Part shown: one piece after another, positions 34,403-43,629 of the stretch | Layout: every line of letters begins with the position of its first letter | Numbering within the stretch: position 1 is the stretch's first letter | Virus record (IMG/VR): IMGVR_UViG_3300011116_001253 | Coordinates: 3,734 to 67,733 of that record | Direction: 5' to 3' (one strand) | Source: a virus | DNA: 64,000 nt | Program-made: the position numbers and the translations under genes | The notes under the pieces: generated by a model | What the model saw: only the letters and a program-made list of their open reading frames with translations | Databases searched by the model: none | What the model was told of the DNA's origin: nothing

Positions 34403-35801
34403 TAATAGAAATCATTTTGATAAGCTTCATGCCCTTTCATCTGCTATAATAGGATTCGAATTTGAGTTCTATACTAACATGATGAAGGGCAAGGTAGCAG
34501 AATCACTTTCCAAACTTCTTAATAAAAAAGTACAGGTATCTGAAAAATATCATTCTAAATTACCTGTAGATTCTAACACTTTTAAATTGGAGCCTGATTA
34601 TTCGGGTGGTAATAATATGATGGAATTCATCACAGGACCACTCCCGTATAATGAGGCTATGCCTATTTTAATCAAAACCCTAAATTGGATTGACGAAAAT
34701 GGGTGGACTAATGATAGGTGTGCTTTCCAGTTTTCTGTCAGCTTCGATAAGTTCAGAAAAGATGTTAAAGATAAAATTGAGAATTTAGATAGACTCAAAT
34801 TTATATTAGGTTTAGATGAGGGCTTGATTTATTCTAAGTTTGGCAATAGAAATAAAAACGTATATGCCAAATCTATAAAAAGAGTAGTTCCTAGAAATAG
34901 ATTTTCGGTAGTTGAGAATTTAAGTACTATAGATCCTAAAATGTTCAAGATTCCGGAAGACAAATACTATGGGGTCAACTTCACAAAAGCACCAAAAGGT
35001 TATCTTGAATTTAGATATTTAGGTAATAGAGACTACCAAAAAAAGACAAAGGATATCAGAGAGGTTATAGATTATGTTATACTCTATCTCTATGATTTAC
35101 TCAGCCACCGTATAGCAGGATACACAAAAGAAGATCTGAAAAAGCTACAGGAGCTTATGAATCAATACACCAAAGTGGTTAGATCTTTCAGCAATCCTGA
35201 ATTATTTTTTCAAAACTATCCAGATTTTCATGTCTTTGTTGATTTAAAAGGTTGGGATGAAAATATTAAAACATATTTCCCATCGATCAGAGATAAAATC
35301 TTTGATATAATAGTTGAAGGTAATGTGAAGTCTTGCTATTTTAATTATGATACAACTACAGGAAGATATCAGATAAAAGAAGCTAGAAGTAGAGAAGCTT
35401 TCATATTGGAAGATTTAGATCTAATTTCATGTGATATTAAAAACGGTATAATCAAAAATTGTAACATTTACAGCTGTGATATTAAAAAATCCTCACTAGA
35501 GGATTGTAATGTTGTCAACGATACAACTATTAAATCTTCAAAGATTAAAAATACTATTTTACAATTTAAGAATGAGGTAGAAGATAGCTTTATCGATTGT
35601 GAGGGTAAGAATATAAATTGTAAGATAGTTGGCGGAGTTTTTAGAGCCGGTAATGTTGGAGAATTGGCCGAAATAAGCAAAGAAACACTCAAAGTTAAAG
35701 GATGGGAAGATTTTAGAAAACAGAGATTTGTTACCGATAGTAGATTAAAGAATTCGAATGATAAATACAATATTTCTAAATTCGGAAACATGAATTTTTA
35801 A
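34395..35801 (+). CDS. Amidoligase (COOH-NH2 ligase) family-like protein with C-terminal beta-helix repeats
   Basis: GFEFEF, LEPDYS, EFITGPL, KYYGVNF and YLEFRYLG, with CAFQFSV at the usual HxH position. ATG 34395 overlaps the S1 stop (ATGACTGA) and is preferred over 34350. Confidence 0.65.
   Translation: MTDNRNHFDKLHALSSAIIGFEFEFYTNMMKGKVAESLSKLLNKKVQVSEKYHSKLPVDSNTFKLEPDYSGGNNMMEFITGPLPYNEAMPILIKTLNWIDENGWTNDRCAFQFSVSFDKFRKDVKDKIENLDRLKFILGLDEGLIYSKFGNRNKNVYAKSIKRVVPRNRFSVVENLSTIDPKMFKIPEDKYYGVNFTKAPKGYLEFRYLGNRDYQKKTKDIREVIDYVILYLYDLLSHRIAGYTKEDLKKLQELMNQYTKVVRSFSNPELFFQNYPDFHVFVDLKGWDENIKTYFPSIRDKIFDIIVEGNVKSCYFNYDTTTGRYQIKEARSREAFILEDLDLISCDIKNGIIKNCNIYSCDIKKSSLEDCNVVNDTTIKSSKIKNTILQFKNEVEDSFIDCEGKNINCKIVGGVFRAGNVGELAEISKETLKVKGWEDFRKQRFVTDSRLKNSNDKYNISKFGNMNF
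35760..35767 (+). promoter_or_regulatory. Late promoter box GATAAATA in the 3' end of the amidoligase gene
   Basis: 49 nt upstream of the neck gene ATG 35817. Confidence 0.45.
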
Positions 35802-35816
35802 AATAACAACCATAAA

Positions 35817-36593
35817 ATGACAGAACAGGAGCTTATACAAGAAATAGAAGATGCTTTATCATTCAGCTGTGCTCTCCCATATAATCTTAATGAAGATGAG
35901 GTAAAAAGGATCATCAAAAGAGCAAGAGCTTGGTTTCTTGATAATTATCAATATGCTGTTGAAGATAGGGTTTTTGTTTTAGCAAATCAGATTTTTCGAC
36001 ATCCTGAATTTAAACAGACTCGACAAATTAAACTTCCTGAATCTATAGTTAGTGTTTACGAGGTAAGAGAAGTTGGAGGATATGGGATTTCAGGTAATCC
36101 CGATAGAGATTTCAGTGATTCTAAATTATTAGGATCCGAATTATTACTCTCTCCTTTTGTTGGCGACAATCTGGTTTATAGAACTGTTATGTATTCATAT
36201 TTCGATCTTGCCAAAGCATATCTTTTGAATACTTTTGCTTTCAAGTGGAATAAAAATAGTAAAAAGCTAACTATATTGGGTAGAGATCCAGGAAGATCAG
36301 GAAAGGGTCAATTAGCACAAGGATTTGGCGTCGGTGGAACAGATGTTTATATCAGATGCTTCGTAGCTTTAAACGATGATGATCTTTTTGCTGATGAACT
36401 TTTTATAAGATATTGCATAGCAAAGTCTAAAATTGCTCTTGCTAATATGCTTTCTGTATTTACTTATAATCTTCCAGGAGGTGTCCAGGTAAACTCTGCA
36501 GACATAAGATCAACAGGCGAGACAGAGTTACAAGAAGTTATGGACATGATAAACGGGGAAAACACTCCCTCTTATTTCCTTCAATGGAATTAA
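35817..36593 (+). CDS. Neck / head completion protein (T4 gp13-like)
   Basis: FIRYCIAKSK...LSVFTYNLPGGVQVN...GETELQEV matches the gp13 C-terminal LPGGV.lN motif. Confidence 0.75.
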   Translation: MTEQELIQEIEDALSFSCALPYNLNEDEVKRIIKRARAWFLDNYQYAVEDRVFVLANQIFRHPEFKQTRQIKLPESIVSVYEVREVGGYGISGNPDRDFSDSKLLGSELLLSPFVGDNLVYRTVMYSYFDLAKAYLLNTFAFKWNKNSKKLTILGRDPGRSGKGQLAQGFGVGGTDVYIRCFVALNDDDLFADELFIRYCIAKSKIALANMLSVFTYNLPGGVQVNSADIRSTGETELQEVMDMINGENTPSYFLQWN

Positions 36594-36690
36594 AAAATAT
36601 ACACCGTCTATTTTCATCAAAATCTGGAACTACCACAGTAATTCTATTCGTATTTCTGAATAGCATCACACTCACTTTTTTACTTGTAAA

Positions 36691-36721
36691 TAAACTGTCG
36701 ATATATAATATCAACAGTTTA
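36691..36721 (+). promoter_or_regulatory. Hairpin containing the late box GATATATA (36700-36707) and pairing up to the A of the next ATG
   Basis: TAAACTGTCGATAT-ATA-ATATCAACAGTTTA, 13 of 14 positions paired. Confidence 0.7.
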
Positions 36722-37092
36722 TGAGAGAGATTTATAACAGAGATCCTTTAGATCCAAACTACAACCCCTTTCAGATTGAAACCACAGATCCAATTGAAAT
36801 TTGTGTTGGTCAATTGAAAATGATGCTTTTTTCGAATAAAGGTGAAGTTCTAGGTGATCCCAGATTTGGTCTTAATCTTGAAGATCTTATTTTTAATCTA
36901 GAACTTTCAGAAACAAGTATTAGAAACGAATTGGATATATTTCTCAAAACTTACATTCCTCTCTTTCAAAAACTTGGTGGAACCTATACCTTGAAATTTT
37001 TCGCAGGAACACAGAGAGATATAGCAACTCTGGATTTTGCCATTCCTTCAGATGGCGGTCTAAGCCCGGTTGTAACCTTAAGAATAACTTAA
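36721..37092 (+). CDS. Baseplate wedge / sheath initiator (gp25-like)
   Basis: LFSNKGEVLGDPRFGLNLEDLIF matches the gp25/GPW family signature. Confidence 0.8.
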   Translation: MREIYNRDPLDPNYNPFQIETTDPIEICVGQLKMMLFSNKGEVLGDPRFGLNLEDLIFNLELSETSIRNELDIFLKTYIPLFQKLGGTYTLKFFAGTQRDIATLDFAIPSDGGLSPVVTLRIT

Positions 37093-37101
37093 TTTACTAG
37101 A

Positions 37102-38832
37102 ATGAATATTTTTAAAAAGAACAATATCCTAATAAATGGCTTGCTAAATGATACTTTCACTTTTTTGCAGGATACCTATAATCAGACTACAGCCATGTTC
37201 ACTGTAGCTTCTGCATGGGGACAAATTCTTTTTGTTTTGCAGAATCTATCTCAAATGATTCTCTATTTCATCGAGGATTCCATTACAGAATTGAATATAG
37301 AACAAGCTTCACGTGATTCATCTATACGAAGTTTAGCCAGAATAGCAGGATATGATCCAGGTAGAGCTTCTACTGCTCAAGGAGAGATAATTCTATCGTG
37401 GAACAGGAGAGAATCTGATGTCGGTGGAGGTTCAGTTATAGTGAACAATAAAGCTCAGATAAGATGTGAACAAAACGGTAAGGTTTATTCAATGATATTC
37501 GGATCTTCTCGTGTAACAATCCCTCTAGCTTCAAGTACATCCCCACTTAGAGTGAAAATTGCTCAGGGGGACTTTCAAACTGCTATTGTTACAGGTACTG
37601 GATTAGCTCTACAGAGCTTTAATTTGCCCTCTGCTAGTGCTGCTTTTTTAGATCAGTATTATGTTGATGTTTATGTTAATGAAGAAAAATGGAACAGGTA
37701 CGATTCACTCTATGACATTCCTTTGAATGGAAAGGGATTTTTAGTGAGAACTGGGATACAGGAAGGTCTTGACGTTTATTTTGGTAACTCTAATTTTGGT
37801 ATGGTTCCTCAAAGAGGTTCTAGAATAAGAATCGAGTATCTGCAAACATCTGGCCTCTCAGGAAATGCTGTTTCAACAAAGGATACTCCGTTAACCTATA
37901 GATTTGTTTCTACTGGAACAGATTTATTTGGAAGTGAAGTTAATCTTAATAATTATCTAATTGGTGCTAATTAGATAGACCCTTCTTTCGGTTCTAATCC
38001 TGAACCTTTAAGTTTAGTCAGATTGGTTGCTCCAAAGACATATAGATCATATGTGTTTGCTAACGCTACTAACTATGAGATTTTTCTTAATAAGTTGGGA
38101 ATATTTTCTCAGGTTCAAGCATTCTCGACTTTCGACGATGATTATTTGAATGATGATAATGTTATCTATATCTATTTAGTTCCTGATGTTACTCTTAACA
38201 TTAGTTCGAATGAGGACTATTTTAGCATACCTGTTTCTAACTTTTTATTAACCGAACAACAAAGATTAAGTGTTTTAAATTTAATTGAAGATTCTGGATC
38301 TATGATTGCTACAACTGTTGTTAAAATAGTTGAACCTGTTATTACACGATATATTGCAAATGTTATTATTACAATGTTTGAAGGGTTTGATCCTGAAACA
38401 ATTCGTCAACAAATTAGGAATAAAGTATCAGATTATATGTTAAATTTAAAAAGAAGAGATTTTATACCTAAGTCCGATATGATTGCTATTATAGAATCAG
38501 TTGAAGGCGTTGATTCAGTCTCATTCTTTTTTGTTAGCCAAAAGAATGAAGCAAATCAAATTTTGCTTAAATCTTTAAACAACGTTTCTGATGCACAGAG
38601 AAGTCAACAAATAGGACTTAATTCATTTGGTGATATAGTGATTGGAAGAAATGAATTGGTTATACTTAGAGGAGGTTGGACTGATAGAAATGGAGTGGTT
38701 TACACAGATTCTATAACTTCAGGAAAACCAGGACCACTAAATATCAATATTTCGAATATCGTCCAAAAAGGATATAATTCTGGTTTAAATGCGGATCTCA
38801 AAAAACAAATCATAGCTTCAACAACAGTATAA
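37102..38832 (+). CDS. Baseplate wedge protein (gp6 / baseplate J-like) interrupted by one in-frame TAG at 37972-37974
   Basis: ORFs 37102-37974 and 38023-38832 are in the same frame. The bridge reads N*IDPSFGSNPEPLSLVRLVAPK. Motifs SIRSLARIAGY, VYFGNSNFG..P and IESVEGVD are gp6-like. Confidence 0.75.
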
Positions 38833-39362
38833 TGGAAAATTTTTCACCCTTTTTCCCGGATCCTGAAAGTGGAATAAGTTACACGGCGGCTGGTATAAAG
38901 CCTAAGACTAATAACACTACTTTCTATCAGACCAACGATGTTTATGATACTGAGTCTCAAGCTTTGGATCGATCTTATAATTTGGGCTGTTCTGGATACA
39001 GAAGAATTTTAGTTAGTTCTCAGGGTCAATATAAATATTCACCTTGTTCTGATGTTAATGTCTATAAGAGTCTAATGAAAATAATGCCTAAGATTCCTGT
39101 TGAAAGAAGATATTATGATTATGATCCAACTGAAAATCCTTATGATGTGAGGGATAGTTTAAATGATAATCTTTATAATGGATTTGATTATAAAAATCAA
39201 ATTCTAAAGAGAAGTTTATCTGGTGTTATTTTTAAGGATCCAATTAAGGCTGGTATTCTTCATTATTTCAATAGAGTTGTCTTTGGGCTTATCGAAACAA
39301 CAAAGCAGATAAAGAATTATGTGAATTACACAGTTAAAAACAATAACAGAAGAGTATTTTAA
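38832..39362 (+). CDS. Hypothetical baseplate-associated protein with a small Cys-containing module
   Basis: A..R...LGCSG.......Y.PC motif. ATG overlaps the upstream stop. Confidence 0.55.
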   Translation: MENFSPFFPDPESGISYTAAGIKPKTNNTTFYQTNDVYDTESQALDRSYNLGCSGYRRILVSSQGQYKYSPCSDVNVYKSLMKIMPKIPVERRYYDYDPTENPYDVRDSLNDNLYNGFDYKNQILKRSLSGVIFKDPIKAGILHYFNRVVFGLIETTKQIKNYVNYTVKNNNRRVF

Positions 39363-39365
39363 ACC

Positions 39366-42300
39366 ATGTCAAATTTTTTTTATAGAAGATTAGAATTTTT
39401 CGATAAGGCTGGAAGCCCTTTGAATTTTGATTATATTGGTCCGACAGGTCCAACCCAATTGGATTCTAAATTCACATTCTTGACTGGGGTAACAGCTTCT
39501 GCTTCGGGTTACTCGTCAGTTAGCCAATTTGATAACGATCCTGGTTACATTGATCTCAATTCTATAGATAACAATAGCTATAATATCACAGATTGGGTTT
39601 CCGAAGTAAATAGCTTTCTTCTAAATGGTGCAGAAGTTTTTCTAAACGGCCGAGTTGCTGGTCAGAATCAATTCACTGGAAAAATTGAATCTATAATAAA
39701 TTCTAATAATATATTCACTGTTAATTTCTATCAGGATAGCATACAAGGACAGAGATTGATTAGCACTGATAATCAGATTTTCTTCACTACCTCATATAAA
39801 TACAGACCAGGCGGGTACTGGAAAGGGAATATTTATTTTGATCCTGTTTCATCAGGACTTTACGAAAACCAACAAATTTTCATAATCCAAAACTTCGATG
39901 TTTCTGGAAGCAGACCTTATGGTATCCCCCACACTGGAGCTACTGGAGCTACTGCAGGGAAATGGAGAACCAGATGGTATAATGATAACTATGGAAATAC
40001 TGATGTTTCTGAAATAATTTTCACATACAAAATACATGAAGATTTATCAGGAGGTGACGGTCAACCCCTTATAGTCTCATACCCAAATGTGGTTTATCCA
40101 GTTGACGTCTCGTCAGGGGATAGCCTAATTTCTGGAGGTTATATTTCTACAAATTCTGTTAATGAGTCTGCACTTTCTATTAATGTTGGTTTAAATGCAA
40201 CGGATCTTGCAGCAAACATTTATGAGAGAAAGCTAATTATAGAAGATATTAGCTCTGATTCAGCTGATCCTATAAAAGTTGTAGAGATAGATTTTTATGG
40301 AGAAATTATAGGAGAAGATGAGAGATTTTCTGTTATGCTTCAGAATATCGGAAGAGCTTTCTATCCAAGTGATTCTATAATACTAAGAGATCATGATCCA
40401 GCAGAGCCTCTTCCTAATTACATAGAAATAAACGAGAAGAGAAAAGAACTTCTATTAGCAGGTGAAGAAATATTCCCTTATGCTGGAAGTTACAAAGGCT
40501 TGATTAGTGCCATAAAATTCTTTGGTTACCAGGATTTAAGAATCAAAGAATATTGGTTGAATCTCGAGTATCAAAACTTGAAATTAGAATCACCTTTACA
40601 ACAGAATTCTCAGTTTCTAAATCAGATAACTAGACAGCAGTCTAATGGATATAGTCAATCATATCAAATTGGTGATGTGTTGAATAATCCAAATTCTGGT
40701 AAATATAAAATGGTTCAAACCTATGGACCTGACACTGAAGGTAACTATGTTTTAGATGTTTCAAGTCAAGACACATTAGTTCCAAGTAGAACCTATAAGA
40801 AAACATCTCTTTTTGGTCTTTTTTATGATATTAATAAAAACAGTGGAACTGTTGATGATTACGGATATCCAGAGGTTGTCGATGCTTTTCAGTTTACTCA
40901 AGAGGAAGTTTTAATTAAGCTTTTTGCACTTAAAGAAAGATTAAAGCGAGATTATCTCCCTTTGAATGCTAGAATAGTTGATATAACAGGAGAAGGTCTA
41001 TACTTCAACGTATATAATACAAAATCTTGGACTGATGTCATGGAGAGACCTGATATAGAATCAGGAATATACGCTGAGATCAGATCAAATCCAGATTTTG
41101 GATTTCTTGAAGATCTTAGAAATTTTTATATACGTCCATCTTCAACAGGTATACAAACACCTTCTGATTATTATGACTCTTTCACTATTGAAGCTGCAGT
41201 AGCGGGAGGAACGGGTACAGCTTTCTTTTTTTCTGGAATCCCTGCGACTGGTCCAAATCCAATGTTAAAGATCACAGCTGGAAAAACGTACAATTTTAAT
41301 TTTTTGACTGATGGATTTGATTTATTTTTGACGACAGATCCAAATCTAACTCAAATTGATCCTGTAGGTGTAGTTAATAATGGTGCTACTTCTGGAGGCC
41401 CAAATTTAATTTGGTATGTTAATCCTTTGCAAACATCTCCTGTTTATTATTACTCGTCCAATAATAAAAGCCTTTTAACAGGAAGTATTGATGTTTTGCC
41501 TGCTGAAATATCAGATTTAGATAATATCACTAATCCTCTTTCAAGTCAGCAATTCTTTAGCCCCGCACAGAATGAATCCCTAATTACTTCAATTAGTAAT
41601 TTCTATGATTTAAAACAGCAGGGCGAGATAGTGAGTTTGGGTGATAGTAATTATGATCCACCATCTTTTATAGATCCAATCACAGGTCAGCCCTACCAGG
41701 TTCCACTTGGTATGCCGATTATACTAGAGCTTATTACAGATGTCTGGACATGGGATGAATTGAATATAAATTGGTCTGGACTTTTGATACCTGTTTTTAG
41801 AATAGGAGATAGAGTAAAACAAAAATCTACTGGTTATTTCGGAACAGTTACTGGTGTCAGTTATTCAACAGGAATCTACACCGTGTTACTGGATGATTCG
41901 AGTGTTATTATTGTTGATGAATCTGATCTGTTTTCGAGTATACAAAACTACTCACTATTGACTTGGAAGAATATTAATTTTTCTAACCTTGTTGAAATTG
42001 AATGGGTAGTTAACAAGCCAGCAACTCAAACAGGGTCTCCTTATAATTACCAATTTAGGGGTTCGATTGTTGATTTCTATAAAATGGCTCACTTTGTGCC
42101 TTATACTGGAATCTATCAGATCACTTGTAATATTTATGATGCCTTTAATGCAAAAACAGTTGTAATAAAAAACCAAGCAATCACGGTCAATCCAAAGATA
42201 ATTGATATAGATGCTTGGACAAGATTCAGAGAAGTTGAAAGTTATCAATGGACGAATGTTCAAAAATCTTGGGAAGATTATAATTCTATATGGGAATATC

Positions 42301-43550
42301 CTGCAGAGGGTAAAACCTTACAACAAGTTGAAAAAGAGATTCCAAGTGAAATCCTAAATTTTGCTGCTTACGGTAATAAATCCGAAGAAGGACAGGATGT
42401 TTACGTTAAGGTAGCAATAGATCCTATCGGTGCTACTGGATTTATAAATCTAACACAATCCACCTATACAATCACTGAGATCTCTTCAAATTTAATTATA
42501 CCTGGACAATACGCTTTTGCTAAAATCTATACTTCAAATCCACATAATCTAACCAATGGACAGGAAGTAAGCATTTTCAACACCATACCCCAAATATCAG
42601 GAAGATGGAGAGCTATTGTTGAAGATGGTCAAACGTCAGAATTTACAATTCCTCTTACAATTGATCCTAGCTGGAATAACGTTTTGGTCATATCATCACC
42701 CACACGCTTGGCGGTAGATGGTTCATTTTTCACCAATCAATATCTAACACCATCTGGATCCATCGAGGTTTATGTTGGTGACAGATTGATAGGCTCTTCT
42801 GAGGCAGGAGATAACCTATACACTTCAGCTAACTCGATCGTATCTTCTATTAATTCTCTAAGAACATTTCCTGATTATTTTGCTTCGTGTACTTTACCTA
42901 CTTCGGATCCTGTTACTATTTTAATAAGTGCTCCTGATGAATTGGGATCAGATCAGAATGGGGTTTCTTTAACTTATAACGTGGAAGGATCTCTATCAGT
43001 CCAGTCATCATCTATAGGACTGTCGGGTGGAAGCAGTTTAACAGAGGCTTACGTTTATTATAGTGAATCTAATGACACATACCCAAATGCAAATCTTAAA
43101 TATTGGGGAACTAAGAATTTAGACTGGAATATATTCACTGAAAATTCTTGGGATGATGCCTACGCTCACTCTTGGTTTGATTTTGAGTTTAATAATGATT
43201 GGCTCGGAGGATTTGAATTACATAATTTAAATCCTGGAGACTTCATAAAATTGAGTACTGGGAATGAATTTTTTCCATTTCCTATTGGAGCCACAATCCA
43301 ACCTGGAGTATCTAGCTTAACCGTACAAGAACTTGCTGATCAGTTAAATGATTCTATGGATCCTAATATAACTAATTTCTATTATAGACCGATCCCGAAT
43401 GAGAGCGGTGGTCTTACTGTCGATTCACCTCCAATTAATCTCGAAATATTTAATACCTCAATACCTGCTTCAATCTATTCTACGCCAATCTCTTTAGCTG
43501 GTTCTGGTACAGGATTAGAAGCTGATTTTACTTATACCATTTATCCTTAA
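39366..43550 (+). CDS. Large baseplate wedge protein (gp7-like) with inserted accessory domains
   Basis: PYAGSYKGLISAIKFFGY..LRIKEYW and LKRDYLPLNARIVDITGE are wedge-like. Cupredoxin-like, SH3-like and HNL.NGQEV inserts. Confidence 0.55.
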   Translation: MSNFFYRRLEFFDKAGSPLNFDYIGPTGPTQLDSKFTFLTGVTASASGYSSVSQFDNDPGYIDLNSIDNNSYNITDWVSEVNSFLLNGAEVFLNGRVAGQNQFTGKIESIINSNNIFTVNFYQDSIQGQRLISTDNQIFFTTSYKYRPGGYWKGNIYFDPVSSGLYENQQIFIIQNFDVSGSRPYGIPHTGATGATAGKWRTRWYNDNYGNTDVSEIIFTYKIHEDLSGGDGQPLIVSYPNVVYPVDVSSGDSLISGGYISTNSVNESALSINVGLNATDLAANIYERKLIIEDISSDSADPIKVVEIDFYGEIIGEDERFSVMLQNIGRAFYPSDSIILRDHDPAEPLPNYIEINEKRKELLLAGEEIFPYAGSYKGLISAIKFFGYQDLRIKEYWLNLEYQNLKLESPLQQNSQFLNQITRQQSNGYSQSYQIGDVLNNPNSGKYKMVQTYGPDTEGNYVLDVSSQDTLVPSRTYKKTSLFGLFYDINKNSGTVDDYGYPEVVDAFQFTQEEVLIKLFALKERLKRDYLPLNARIVDITGEGLYFNVYNTKSWTDVMERPDIESGIYAEIRSNPDFGFLEDLRNFYIRPSSTGIQTPSDYYDSFTIEAAVAGGTGTAFFFSGIPATGPNPMLKITAGKTYNFNFLTDGFDLFLTTDPNLTQIDPVGVVNNGATSGGPNLIWYVNPLQTSPVYYYSSNNKSLLTGSIDVLPAEISDLDNITNPLSSQQFFSPAQNESLITSISNFYDLKQQGEIVSLGDSNYDPPSFIDPITGQPYQVPLGMPIILELITDVWTWDELNINWSGLLIPVFRIGDRVKQKSTGYFGTVTGVSYSTGIYTVLLDDSSVIIVDESDLFSSIQNYSLLTWKNINFSNLVEIEWVVNKPATQTGSPYNYQFRGSIVDFYKMAHFVPYTGIYQITCNIYDAFNAKTVVIKNQAITVNPKIIDIDAWTRFREVESYQWTNVQKSWEDYNSIWEYPAEGKTLQQVEKEIPSEILNFAAYGNKSEEGQDVYVKVAIDPIGATGFINLTQSTYTITEISSNLIIPGQYAFAKIYTSNPHNLTNGQEVSIFNTIPQISGRWRAIVEDGQTSEFTIPLTIDPSWNNVLVISSPTRLAVDGSFFTNQYLTPSGSIEVYVGDRLIGSSEAGDNLYTSANSIVSSINSLRTFPDYFASCTLPTSDPVTILISAPDELGSDQNGVSLTYNVEGSLSVQSSSIGLSGGSSLTEAYVYYSESNDTYPNANLKYWGTKNLDWNIFTENSWDDAYAHSWFDFEFNNDWLGGFELHNLNPGDFIKLSTGNEFFPFPIGATIQPGVSSLTVQELADQLNDSMDPNITNFYYRPIPNESGGLTVDSPPINLEIFNTSIPASIYSTPISLAGSGTGLEADFTYTIYP

Positions 43551-43600
43551 AATTGTTTAGCATAGAAAGAAACTTTCTTTGGTCCAGATTAGTTTAACTA

Positions 43601-43608
43601 GATATATA
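43601..43608 (+). promoter_or_regulatory. Late promoter box GATATATA inside an 8-bp inverted repeat (ATTAGTTT/AAACTAAT)
   Basis: Intergenic, upstream of ATG 43630. Confidence 0.6.
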
Positions 43609-43629
43609 AATTCAAACTAATGTTTGTGA

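Noticed and set aside
36594-36690. Possible ncRNA, tRNA or small minus-strand ORF in the gap after the neck gene
   Set aside because: No cloverleaf or strong structure is visible, and the minus-strand ORF would overlap the neck gene end.
37975-38022. Intron, intein or frameshift between the two gp6-like ORFs
   Set aside because: The gap is exactly 16 codons in the same frame and reads as continuous gp6-like sequence, with no intron or slippery-site features.
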